28,353 nt of DNA from Candidatus Methylomirabilota bacterium (GCA_046726415.1 JBKPAK010000043.1:1-28353), one strand, 5' to 3'; counted from the stretch's first letter, positions 16,621 through 25,978 are shown. Numbers and translations are program-made. Notes: generated from the letters alone by a model not told the origin.

Positions 16621-17565
16621 GTGAAGGCCTACGTCGTCCGGCGCCTACTCGCCCTCGTGCCGGTGGCGCTGGTGGTCGCCACCGTGGCCTTTGTCCTCAT
16701 CCACCTCGCCCCGGGTGATCCCGCCTCGATCATCGCCGGCCCCGACGCCGCGCCGGAAGACGTGCAGCGCATCGCGCGTCAGCTGGGACTGGACGCGCCA
16801 CTCTACATCCAACTTGGCCGGTTCTATGGCCGCCTCCTGCGCGGTGACCTGGGCCAGTCGATCTTCCTGAGGAAGCCGGTGGGCGAGGCCATCCTCGATC
16901 GGGTGGAACCCACCCTGCTCCTGACCGTGCTGGCGACGCTCATCGCGGTCGCCATCGGCGTGCCCAGCGGTGTGGTGGCCGCCCGCTATCACAACCGCGC
17001 GCCAGATCAGGCGTTCATGACCTTCGCCCTCGTTGGCATCTCCGTGCCGAACTTCCTCCTCGCCCTCCTGATGGTCCTCCTCTTCGGGGTGCGGCTCGGG
17101 TGGTTCCCCGTGGCCGGCTACGCGCCCCTCGAGTACGGCTGGCTCGCTACGCTCCGCTCGCTCGTGCTGCCCGCCGTGGCATTGGGCGTGGTGCAGTCGG
17201 CCCTCATCGCGCGCATCGCGCGCTCCAGCATGCTGGATGTCCTGTACCAGCCGTTCATCACGGCCAGTCGGTCCAAGGGCTTGGGCGAGCCCGCCATCGT
17301 GTACAAGCACGCCCTGCGCAACGCGCTCATCCCCACCATCACCATCATCGGCATCAGCTTTGCGATTCTGATCGGTGGGGCCGTCGTGGTGGAGACGATC
17401 TTCAACATCCCGGGGATTGGTCGCCTCATCATCTCCGCCGTGCTGCGCCGCGACTACCCGGTCATCCAGGGCGTAGTGCTGTGCGTGGCGGGCGTCTACA
17501 TGCTCATCAATCTCCTGGTGGATCTGTCGTACCTGGTCATCGATCCCCGCGTGCGCTACGGATGA
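16621..17565 (+). CDS. Peptide ABC transporter permease (DppB/GsiC-like)
   Basis: LAPGDPA, LRGDLG.S, EAA-loop TASRSKGL..KHALRNALIP, VETIFNIPG.G, RDYPVIQG and DPRV. Confidence 0.94.
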   Translation: MKAYVVRRLLALVPVALVVATVAFVLIHLAPGDPASIIAGPDAAPEDVQRIARQLGLDAPLYIQLGRFYGRLLRGDLGQSIFLRKPVGEAILDRVEPTLLLTVLATLIAVAIGVPSGVVAARYHNRAPDQAFMTFALVGISVPNFLLALLMVLLFGVRLGWFPVAGYAPLEYGWLATLRSLVLPAVALGVVQSALIARIARSSMLDVLYQPFITASRSKGLGEPAIVYKHALRNALIPTITIIGISFAILIGGAVVVETIFNIPGIGRLIISAVLRRDYPVIQGVVLCVAGVYMLINLLVDLSYLVIDPRVRYG

Positions 17566-18473
17566 GCGGCCAGTCCTCGGCCGCCGTCCTGAAGGTCGCG
17601 GCCAGCCCGCCTCGCGGCCAGAGCGAACTGGTGCGCTCCCTGCGCGCCCTGGGCCGACGTCGGATCGCCGTGATCGGCCTCGCTCTCACCCTGTTGGTGG
17701 CGGCGGTCGGTGGGCTCGCTCCGATTCTCGGCTCGGATCCCCAGCGGATGGAAGTGGCGGCGCGACTGAGTCCGCCGGGTGAGGTCCACTGGTTCGGGAC
17801 CGACGATCTCGGTCGCGACGTCTTCAGCCGCGTTGTCTTCGGCGCCCGGCTGTCCCTCGGGGTGGGAGCGGCGGTGGTCGTCTTCGCGTTCCTGGTGGGG
17901 ATGCTCTGCGGTCTCGTGGCGGGGTTCTACCGCGGACTCGACAACGCCATCATGCGCGTGATGGACGGGCTCATGGCCTTCCCGGCCATCGTGTTGGCAG
18001 TGGCACTCATGGCGGCCCTCGGGCCCAGTGTCTTGAACGTGATCCTGGCCATCGGCGTGGTGTACGCGCCGCGGGTGGCGCGAGTGGTGCGCGGCTCTGT
18101 CCTGGTGATCCGCGAGGCGACCTATGTCGAGGCGGCCCGGGCGCTCGGGGCGCCTGACCTGGCCTTGCTGATGCGCCACGTGCTCCCCAACTGTCTGTCG
18201 CCGGTCATCGTGCAGGCCAGCTTCATCTTCGCGGCAGCCGTGCTGACGGAGGCGGCGCTGTCCTTCCTCGGGGTAGGCGTCCCGCCGTATGTACCGAGCT
18301 GGGGCAACATTCTCGCGGAGGGACGCCTCTACCTCCAGCAGGCGCCCTGGCTCGTGATCTATCCTGGCACAGCCATCATGGCCACGATCTTTGGCCTCAA
18401 CCTCCTCGGCGACGCCGTGCGCGATCTCCTCGACCCAAAAGTGCGGGCCCTCAGCTTGGACCGGCCGACGTAA
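17562..18473 (+). CDS. Peptide ABC transporter permease (DppC/GsiD-like)
   Basis: HWFGTDDLGRDVFSR, YVEAARALGA, RHVLPN, EAALSFLG.G and GDAVRDLLDP. ATGA overlap with the preceding gene. Confidence 0.94.
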   Translation: MSGQSSAAVLKVAASPPRGQSELVRSLRALGRRRIAVIGLALTLLVAAVGGLAPILGSDPQRMEVAARLSPPGEVHWFGTDDLGRDVFSRVVFGARLSLGVGAAVVVFAFLVGMLCGLVAGFYRGLDNAIMRVMDGLMAFPAIVLAVALMAALGPSVLNVILAIGVVYAPRVARVVRGSVLVIREATYVEAARALGAPDLALLMRHVLPNCLSPVIVQASFIFAAAVLTEAALSFLGVGVPPYVPSWGNILAEGRLYLQQAPWLVIYPGTAIMATIFGLNLLGDAVRDLLDPKVRALSLDRPT

Positions 18474-18518
18474 CCGGCCGCACCGGCTTGACGCCGCACA
18501 ATGCTCACGGAGGGCACC

Positions 18519-20135
18519 ATGCCACCACATCGGAACGCGTATCGCCCCGTCGTCATGGGCCGCCGCGGTGCGGTCACCTCGGCTCACCCACTGGCTTCTA
18601 TGGCCGGTATCGCGATCTTGCTCTCCGGCGGTAACGCCGTGGATGCCGCAGTGACGGTGGCGACAGCGCTGAACGTCGTGGAACCTTTCATGTCAGGAGC
18701 CGGGGGGATCGGGCTGATGCTGATCTCGCGCGCGGGGGGGCAGCGCCACGTCCTGGACTTCATCGGCCCGGCGCCCGCGGCCGCAGACGCGACGCAGGCA
18801 TCAGAGGCCGAGCTGGCCGGCGGCCCCAAGTCCTGCGCAACACCCGGGAACCTCGGCGGATGGCTGGCCGCCCTGGAGCGCTTCGGGTCGATGTCTCGAG
18901 CGGCGGTGCTGGCGCCGGCTATTGCCCTCGCCGAGCACGGAGTCCCTCTCACCTGGAAGAACGTGGACTTCTTCAACCGCGCGCACGACACGCTGGCACG
19001 CTCGGCCGAAGCTCAGCGGCTGTACCTCGGCCAGGGTGATCCGCGGCCCGGCGCCGTCGTGACGTACAAGGACCTCGCTGGCACGCTCCGCCAGGTCGCG
19101 GAAGGGGGCGCGGAGGTCTTCTACCACGGGCCGATCGCCAAGCTCATCGCTCGGGCCGTCCGCGAGGCGGGGGGCTGGCTCGACGAAGGCGATCTCAAGT
19201 CGTTCACGCCCCTCTGGCGGGACCCCGTCGCCACGACCTATCGCGGCGCGGACATCGTGTCCGTGCCGCCGCCCTTCTCGGCGTTTCAGATGCTCGAGAC
19301 GCTCGGCATCCTCGAAGGATGTGACGTGCGGGCCTGGGGTCACAACTCGGACGTATACCTCCACCACCTGATCGAGGCCATGAAGCTGGCGTCGGCCGAT
19401 CGCCTGGCCTATGCCTATGCCGATGACGTCCCTATCCGCGGCCTTTTGTCCAAGGCCTACGCGTCGTCTCAGCGCGCGCGGATCAATGCCGCCGCCGGCG
19501 TGAGCGAGGGCGAGCGCTACAGTGGGGCGCCACTGCCGGGACAGATCAGCGAGGGACACCCCGCGAACTTCCTGCACGAGCAGACCACCCACTTCGCATG
19601 CGCCGACGCGCACGGCACGGTGGCCTCGGTCACCCAGACACTGGGCGTGCCGTTCGGCTCAGGCTTTGCCATCCCCGGCACCGGCATCGTCCTCAACAAC
19701 ATTTTGAAGTGGATGGATCGGGAGCCCGAGTCGCCGAACCTGCTGCGGCCGGGGCGCAGGGCAGGCACCATGATGTCCCCTACGCAGGTGTTCCGCGACG
19801 GCGCCTTCGCGCTCTCTATCGGGACGCCAGGCTCCTACGGCATTCTCCAGACCCAGGTCCAGATGATCCTCAACGTCCTGGAGTTCGGCCTGAACGTGCA
19901 AGAGGCGATCGAGGCCCCGCGCGTGCGGGTCTATCGGGACCGACTCGTCGATGCGGAGGCCCGCATCCCTCCGGACACGCGGGAGGCGCTTTCACGTCGC
20001 GGCCACCAGATCAACGCCATCGACGAATGGTCGTGGATCGTGGGCGGGGGACAGGGCATCGCGCGTGACCCCGACAGCGGTGCCCTCATGGCCGGCGCCG
20101 ACCCACGCCGCGACGGCTACGCGCTGGCCATCTGA
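18519..20135 (+). CDS. ggt: Gamma-glutamyltransferase family Ntn-hydrolase
   Basis: HPLAS.AG..IL..GGNAVDAA, VVEP.MSG.GG, autoprocessing QT|TH, G.G...PGTGI.LNN and GADPRRDG. ATG at 18519 follows GGAGG; the ORF track starts at 18501. Confidence 0.9.
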   Translation: MPPHRNAYRPVVMGRRGAVTSAHPLASMAGIAILLSGGNAVDAAVTVATALNVVEPFMSGAGGIGLMLISRAGGQRHVLDFIGPAPAAADATQASEAELAGGPKSCATPGNLGGWLAALERFGSMSRAAVLAPAIALAEHGVPLTWKNVDFFNRAHDTLARSAEAQRLYLGQGDPRPGAVVTYKDLAGTLRQVAEGGAEVFYHGPIAKLIARAVREAGGWLDEGDLKSFTPLWRDPVATTYRGADIVSVPPPFSAFQMLETLGILEGCDVRAWGHNSDVYLHHLIEAMKLASADRLAYAYADDVPIRGLLSKAYASSQRARINAAAGVSEGERYSGAPLPGQISEGHPANFLHEQTTHFACADAHGTVASVTQTLGVPFGSGFAIPGTGIVLNNILKWMDREPESPNLLRPGRRAGTMMSPTQVFRDGAFALSIGTPGSYGILQTQVQMILNVLEFGLNVQEAIEAPRVRVYRDRLVDAEARIPPDTREALSRRGHQINAIDEWSWIVGGGQGIARDPDSGALMAGADPRRDGYALAI

Positions 20136-20142
20136 CGGTGGC

Positions 20143-20233
20143 GCGAGCCGCAGGACGTCGCGGGGCTGGGGCCCCGCCGTCCGAGGCGAGCTTTTGAGCG
20201 GGGCGAGCCGCAAGGCCGTCGCGGGCTGGGGCC
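20143..20233 (+). repeat. Two tandem REP-like repeat copies (second truncated) between convergent genes
   Basis: 20143-20191 gcgagccgcaggacgtcgcggggctggggccccgccgtccgaggcgagc; 20203-20233 gcgagccgcaaggccgtcgcgggctggggcc. Confidence 0.88.
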
Positions 20234-20237
20234 GGCG

Positions 20238-21119
20238 TCAGCCGTCGGCCGACAAGAAGTCCTTTAGCGCGGCAAAGGTCTCGTCCGGCGCCTCCTCGGG
20301 CAGGAAGTGGCCGCAGGAGAGCGCGTGGCCACGCACGTCCGCGGCCCAGCGCCGCCACTCGCTGAGCACGTCATACCGGTGCCGATTGCGACGACCGGCT
20401 CCCCACAGAGCCAGCATGGGGCAGGCGATCATTCGACGGCCGAGATCCGCCTCGTCGAGCGCATAGTCGAGTGTCGCGCCGGCTCGGTAGTCCTCGCACG
20501 TCGCGTGAATGGTGCCGGCGTCGAAGCAGCGCACGTACTCGGCGAGCGCCTCGGGAGCGAACGGTGACAGCCCAGCACCGGTCCACCGCCCCAGGAGCGT
20601 CTTGAGGAAGTACTCCGGGGCGCCGCCGATGAGCCGCTCGGGCAGGTCATAGGGCTGGGCCAGGAAGAACCAGTGAAACGTGCCCATGGCCATCGTGCGA
20701 TCCACGGCATTGAACGTCGTGAACGTCGGAACGATATCGAGGGTGACCAGGCGCTGCACGCGCGCGGGGTGGTCGAGGGCTAGGCGATACGCCACGCGCG
20801 CCCCGCGGTCGTGACCGACCACGGCGAAGCGGTCGAAGCCCAGCGCGTGCATGACGTCGATCTGATCCTCGGCCATCGTCCGCTTCGAGTAGGTCGAGTG
20901 GTCGAGCGCGCCGGTCGGCTTGGCGCTGTCGCCGTATCCCCGGAGATCGGTCGCCACCACCGTGAAGTGTTGGGCTAGCCGCGGGGCCACGCGGTGCCAC
21001 ATGACGTGGGTCTGAGGATATCCGTGCAGCAAGAGAAGGGGTGGCCCGTCGCCGCCCCGCACGAGGTGGATGGTGGTGCCGCGGGTAGCGACATCTATCG
21101 CCGCGAAGCCCTCGAACAC
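20238..21119 (-). CDS. Alpha/beta hydrolase, haloacetate/fluoroacetate dehalogenase family
   Basis: LLHGYPQT, DLRGYG.S, GHDRGARV, LDIVPT, FHWFF, CEDYRA and GHFLPEEAP. Confidence 0.88.
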   Translation of the reverse strand: MFEGFAAIDVATRGTTIHLVRGGDGPPLLLLHGYPQTHVMWHRVAPRLAQHFTVVATDLRGYGDSAKPTGALDHSTYSKRTMAEDQIDVMHALGFDRFAVVGHDRGARVAYRLALDHPARVQRLVTLDIVPTFTTFNAVDRTMAMGTFHWFFLAQPYDLPERLIGGAPEYFLKTLLGRWTGAGLSPFAPEALAEYVRCFDAGTIHATCEDYRAGATLDYALDEADLGRRMIACPMLALWGAGRRNRHRYDVLSEWRRWAADVRGHALSCGHFLPEEAPDETFAALKDFLSADG

Positions 21120-21128
21120 GTCCTCTCC

Positions 21129-21809
21129 TCAGGGCGACCGAAACTGGATAGGTCCCATATACGACTCGGCCTGCGACTTCGTGTCGTCCGAGTCGATCGC
21201 CACCGCGATGGCGTTGGGGTTGTCGGGGGCCTCACCGTAGATCTTCGTGTAGTCCGCCACGACGTTGCGCTGCTCGGTGAGCCATTTGCCCAGCTCGGCC
21301 GGGCCCGAGCGGACGACCACATAGGTGGTGGTGCCGGTCTTGTGACTCTTGACGAACTCCCCGGCGGGAGCGGTGGTGTCCCAGATGTAGCCGATGATGC
21401 GCGACCGCACCATTTCCGGGAAGCGCCGCCAGATGACGTAGATCTGGCCAGCCTGGTCGTCGGTGGCGGCGCGGCGGGCATCGGCGCCCTTAGGCAGTTC
21501 CACGACCTTCCAGCTCCACTCGAGAATTGGCGTGACCTTGAGATTTACCTTTCCGCTGATGTCCTTGGCGATGGTCGAGCTGTCACCCCGACTCTTCATG
21601 TTCAGCGCCCGGCCGTTGTCGTCGACGATGGTGAAGAGCTCGTAGTTGGGGCGGCCCCAGCTCTGCTCCTTCCACCCCGCGGGAATGCCGCTCGTCCCGA
21701 GGGGAAATTCCTTCCAGTCCTCGATGATAACGTCGGCCGCCCACGCGACGGCAACGGCGCCGAGCAAGACGGTGGCGACGAGTGGTCGAAGGAATAGGCG
21801 ATGGATCAT
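21129..21809 (-). CDS. Exported DUF3047-family protein
   Basis: Signal peptide (AWA|A), PILEWSWKV..LP, DD.A..IYV, I.YIW, W..E.RNV.ADY...YGE and AIAV.IDSDDT. Confidence 0.8.
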   Translation of the reverse strand: MIHRLFLRPLVATVLLGAVAVAWAADVIIEDWKEFPLGTSGIPAGWKEQSWGRPNYELFTIVDDNGRALNMKSRGDSSTIAKDISGKVNLKVTPILEWSWKVVELPKGADARRAATDDQAGQIYVIWRRFPEMVRSRIIGYIWDTTAPAGEFVKSHKTGTTTYVVVRSGPAELGKWLTEQRNVVADYTKIYGEAPDNPNAIAVAIDSDDTKSQAESYMGPIQFRSP

Positions 21810-21817
21810 CGAGTTTC

Positions 21818-21823
21818 TATAAT
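21818..21823 (+). promoter_or_regulatory. Consensus -10 (TATAAT) in a 27-bp divergent gap
   Basis: TATAAT 13 nt upstream of the hslR ATG. Confidence 0.5.
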
Positions 21824-21836
21824 ACCGTCTGGTGTC

Positions 21837-22202
21837 ATGACGGATTCGATACGAATCGACAAGTGGCTCTGGGCTGCACGCTTCTTCAAGACGCGGAGCC
21901 TGGCCGCAAAGGCGTGCGACGGCGGACGGGTCGACGTCAACGAGCAGCCGGCGAAACCGTCTCGGCTGGTCCGGCCGGGCGACATCCTACACGTCACGCT
22001 GCGATCGGGGCGCCGCGTGGCCCGGGTGGCCGCCCTGGAGGAGCAACGGGGACCCGCCTCGACGGCGCGCGCACTCTACGATGACATCACGCCGCCGGCG
22101 CCGCCGCGGATCCACAGCGCGCCTCCCGCTCGTCGGGCTGCCGGCGCGGGCCGTCCCACCAAGCGAGAGCGCCGCGCCATCCAACATCTACGCGGATGGT
22201 AG
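21837..22202 (+). CDS. hslR: Ribosome-associated heat shock protein Hsp15 (S4 domain)
   Basis: RIDKWLWAARFFKTRSLA, RGPAS.AR.LY.D and GRPTKRERR. Confidence 0.94.
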   Translation: MTDSIRIDKWLWAARFFKTRSLAAKACDGGRVDVNEQPAKPSRLVRPGDILHVTLRSGRRVARVAALEEQRGPASTARALYDDITPPAPPRIHSAPPARRAAGAGRPTKRERRAIQHLRGW

Positions 22203-22312
22203 GGTGAGCCGCAGGGCGGCGCGGGGCTGGGGCCCCGCCGCCCGAGGCGCGCATACGAACATGGGGTGAGCCGCCAGGCGGCGCGGGGCTGGAGCCCCGC
22301 CCGAGGCGCGCA
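22202..22312 (+). repeat. Two tandem REP-like repeat copies
   Basis: 22202-22253 gggtgagccgcagggcggcgcggggctggggccccgccgcccgaggcgcgca; 22264-22312 gggtgagccgccaggcggcgcggggctggagccccgcccgaggcgcgca. Confidence 0.9.
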
Positions 22313-22327
22313 CGTGAGGACAAAGAC

Positions 22328-23104
22328 ATGGAACGCTACGACTGGAACGCGATCGTCGAGGGCTTGAACCGGTATCTGCGCCTCCGCTCCATACCCATCG
22401 GAATGAAGCTGTTCGAGACGGTGGAGGAGATGGAGGCTCTCCCGAAGATCCGCCGGCCCCGGGCCAAGCACACCACCGACCAGGTCGTGGCTCAGGCGCG
22501 CCAGCTCGGGTGGACGGTCGGGATCACCATGGCTGATCTCGTGGGCGCGCAGTGCGGCGCGGTCATTGGTCTGCACCCTCAGGATGACGAGTGGCTCTCG
22601 GGGCGCCGCATGGCCGGCGTGTGGTTCAAGACCGTGGACGACGCGACCGCGCATCAGCGAGCCATGGATGTCGTGCCCTACGGGCGCTATCGCGCCATGG
22701 CCGTGTCGCCGCTCACCTCGGGACGCCTCGATCCGCCTGATGTCTGCCTGATCTACGGCACGCCTGGGCAGATGATCTTCTTCATCAATGGCCTGCAATG
22801 GTCCGGCTACCGCAAGCTCACCATGACGTCGGTGGGTGAGTCTGCGTGCGCCGACTCCTGGGGTCGGGCTCTCCGCACAGGGGAACCGGCCCTGACGATT
22901 CCCTGTTATGCCGAGCGTCGCTATGGCGGGGTCGCCGACGATGAGATGCTGATGGCCATCCCCCCGAGCTTTCTGCCAAAGGTGGTAGAGGGTCTGAGCG
23001 CGCTTCACCGCAACGGCCTCCGCTATCCCGTGCCGCCGTACGGTATCCAGTCGGACGCGGGGGCCGGCCTTGCGGTGAGCTACGCAGAAAAAGACTCGCG
23101 CTGA
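22328..23104 (+). CDS. DUF169-family protein
   Basis: L.LRS.PIGMK, QAR..GWT, PDV.LIYG.P.Q, ESACADS and PCYAERRYG...DDE patterns. GAGGA RBS. Confidence 0.78.
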   Translation: MERYDWNAIVEGLNRYLRLRSIPIGMKLFETVEEMEALPKIRRPRAKHTTDQVVAQARQLGWTVGITMADLVGAQCGAVIGLHPQDDEWLSGRRMAGVWFKTVDDATAHQRAMDVVPYGRYRAMAVSPLTSGRLDPPDVCLIYGTPGQMIFFINGLQWSGYRKLTMTSVGESACADSWGRALRTGEPALTIPCYAERRYGGVADDEMLMAIPPSFLPKVVEGLSALHRNGLRYPVPPYGIQSDAGAGLAVSYAEKDSR

Positions 23105-23144
23105 GGAAATCCCGCCGCGCCCGATATCCGAGGAGAGATCATCG

Positions 23145-24095
23145 ATGATCACCGTGATACTGCTGGTGACCGTGCTCATCGCCGCGGCGGTACCCGCCTC
23201 TGCGCAGCCATACCCCGATCGCCCTGTGACGGCCATCGTCGGCTATCCGGCCGGAGGCCTCGCCGATGTCGTGCTGCGGGCTCTGGTCGAGGGAATGAAG
23301 AAGCAGTTTCCCAAGGGACTCGGCGTGGTGAATCGCCCCAGCGCGGGTGGCTCCATCGGCGCCAGCGAGGTGGTGCAGGCAAAGCCGGATGGATTACTTT
23401 TGGACTGCTTCCGATCTCGAACCTGGTGATCCAGCCGCAGCTCAATCCGCTCCCGTACAAGACCCCGGACGACTACGTCCTCGTCATCAACCTGGTGTCC
23501 TGGTATCCGATGCTCGCCGTCAAGGCCGACGCCCCCTGGAAGAGCACCCAGGAGTTCGTGGCGGCGGCCAAGGCAAATCCCGGCAAGCTCCGCGTCGGTT
23601 CGCCGGGCGAGGGCACGTCGAGCCACCTGAACCTCGAGGAGTTGATGCGGGCCGCCAACGTCAAGCTCACCCACGTCCCGTTCGCTGGGTGGGCGGAGGT
23701 AAGCCCGGCGCTGCTCGGGGGACACATCGAGGCGATCGTGGCGCAGCCGGGCGAGCTTCGGCCGCAGGTTGAGGCCAAGAAGATGCGCGTCCTTTGCGCG
23801 TTCCAGCCGAAGCGGAATGCCTACTTTTCCGACGTGCCGACGTGCAAGGAAGCGGGCTACGACGTCCACAACGGCGCTCAGTTCATGCTCGTCCTGCCCA
23901 AGGGGACGCCCCCCGACGTGGTCCGGTACCTCCACGACTCGGCCAAGGTCGTCATCGAGGATCCGCCCTTCATCGCCTTCGCGAAGACGCGCGTGATCGA
24001 CGTCGACTACCGGACCGGCGACAAGCAAGGCCGATCTGTGGGATGAGTACAAAAGGCACACCGACATTCTGAAGCGGATCGGGATGCTCAAGTAG
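23145..24095 (+). pseudogene. tctC: Tripartite tricarboxylate transporter substrate-binding protein (TctC/Bug), two frameshifts
   Basis: YP.RP...IVGYPAGG..D and NRP.AGG.IG. Frameshift near 23394 (GGA TT ACT TTT GGA, from KPDGYTFG). Second frameshift near 24026 (AAG C AAG GCC GAT CTG TGG ... ATG CTC AAG TAG). Confidence 0.85.
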
Positions 24096-24100
24096 GCTTG

Positions 24101-24438
24101 GTGCGCGAGCTGGCCGCGCCCCTCGTCTTCCTCGCCCTCAGCGGCCTCTACCTCGCCACCTCGCTGACGTTTCCGCTAGGCAGCACCGCGCGACCGGGAG
24201 CGGGGTTCTTTCCGGCGGCGGTGGGAGTGTACCTGTGCGCCCTCGCGGTCGTCGTCACCATCGCGACATGGCGCCGCGCATGGCGGCGCGGGCCGGCGGT
24301 GCGGGGAGCGGCGATGGCGGCGGAGGCCCGGATGCGCGTCACCGCCACGGTGGCCGCGCTGCTGGCGGCCGCGGCGTCGTACTATCTCTTCGCCTTCTGC
24401 TCGGCGTCCCGTTGCCGCGCGGTCTGTTCGTGGACTGA
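24101..24438 (+). pseudogene. tctB: TctB small membrane subunit, internally deleted and frameshifted
   Basis: PGAGFFP motif. Only ~112 codons, with the central TM/GY segment missing. A 1-nt loss near 24395 separates YYLFA from LLGVPLPRGLFVD*. Confidence 0.75.
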
Positions 24439-25956
24439 TGGGGCCCGTCGAAGGGCTCGTCTACGGCCTCGGCATCGCCCTCGCCCCGACCAATCTGTTG
24501 GCCTGCTTCATCGGCGTGCTGATCGGCACCATCGTGGGGGTGTTGCCCGGAATCGGCCCGGTCGGAGCCATGGCGCTGCTCTTGCCGTCGACATTTGCCC
24601 TGCATCCCGCCACGGCGCTGATCATGCTGGCCGGGATTTACTATGGATCGATGTACGGGGGCTCGACGACCTCGATCCTGGTCAACGTGCCGGGCGAGGC
24701 GGCCTCGGTGATCACGGCCATCGATGGTTACCAAATGGCGCGCACCGGGCGGGCGGGGGCCGCGCTGGCCGTCTCCGCAGTGGGCTCGTTCGTGGCTGGC
24801 TCGGTGGGCGTGGTGGGCATCGTGCTCTTCGCCTCGTGGCTGGCCGACCTCGCGCTGAAGTTCGGCCCACCCGAGTACTTCGCGCTCGCCGTCGCCGGGC
24901 TGGCGATCCTCTCGCGACTGTCCGGTGGCTCGGTCCTGATGTCGCTCTTGATGGTCGGGTTCGGCCTCGCGGTGGGGACGATCGGGATGGAGCCGATCTC
25001 GGGGGTACGACGCTTCACGTTCGGCTCGATTCAGCTCTCGCAGGGCATCGAGCTGGTACCGGTCATTATGGGTCTCTACGGCGTCGCCGAGGTGCTCGTG
25101 CTGGCCGAGGCGGGGATGAAGAGGGCGATCATCACCAGCGTGCGGCTTCGCGATCTCTTCCCCACGCCCACGGAGTGGCGCCAGTTCGGCTGGCCGATCG
25201 CGCGGGGCTCCGTGGTGGGCTTCGTCACCGGACTGATCCCGGGTCCGGCCACCGTCCTGGCGACCTTCATCTCGTACACCGTGGAGCGGAGGATCTCGAA
25301 GAGTCCCGACCGCTTTGGCCAAGGGGCCATCGAGGGGGTGGCCGGTCCGGAGACGGCCAACAACGGGGCGACCGCCGGCGCCATGGTCCCCCCTGCTCTC
25401 GCTCGGCATTCCCTTTTCCCCCGCCACCGCGATCCTCCTGGGAGCGCTCGTGATCCATGGCATCCAGCCGGGGCCCCTGCTGATGGCGCAGACCCCGGAG
25501 GTGTTCTGGGGCGTGGTGGCCAGCATGGACGTCGGGAACTTCCTCCTCCTCATCCTGAACCTTCCCTTGGTCGGTCTGTTCGTGAGCGTCCTGCGCATGC
25601 CGCAGCACGTGCTCTCGACGCTGGTCCTGCTCCTCTGTCTGGTGGGAGCGTACAGCCTGAACAATAGCTCGCTGGATCTATGGGTTCTGGTGGGCTTTGG
25701 CATCGTGGGCTACGTGTTCCGCAAGCTCACCGTCGATCCAGCGCCGCTCATCATCGCCGTGGTGCTGGGGCCGCTGGTGGAGAAGACGCTGCGCCAGACG
25801 CTCTTCATGGCGCACGGCGACTGGCAGTTGCTCGTGTTCCGCCCGCTGAGCCTCGCCCTCCTGGCCATTGGTGCCGCCGTGCTGCTCCTCCCGCCGTTGG
25901 TGGCGACCTTGCGCCGACGGAACGCTCAGCCGGCCGTCGCCGCGGGGGAAGGCTGA
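24438..25956 (+). pseudogene. tctA: TctA large membrane subunit, one frameshift
   Basis: GVLPGIG, YGGS.TSIL.N.PG, DGY.MA..G.A, FGPPEYF and PETANN. An extra C in the C6 run at 25388-25393 splits GAMVP from LLSLGIP. Confidence 0.88.
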
Positions 25957-25978
25957 GCGTCTCGCCCGCGGTCGGTGG

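Noticed and set aside
22202-22312. Tandem repeats as a mini CRISPR array (also 20143-20233 and 4101-4204)
   Set aside because: Only two imperfect copies with ~10-nt gaps, or coding repeats without spacers; no cas genes.
23390-24030. Programmed frameshifting in tctC
   Set aside because: No slippery heptamer at the shift sites, and multiple independent lesions across the operon fit decay better.
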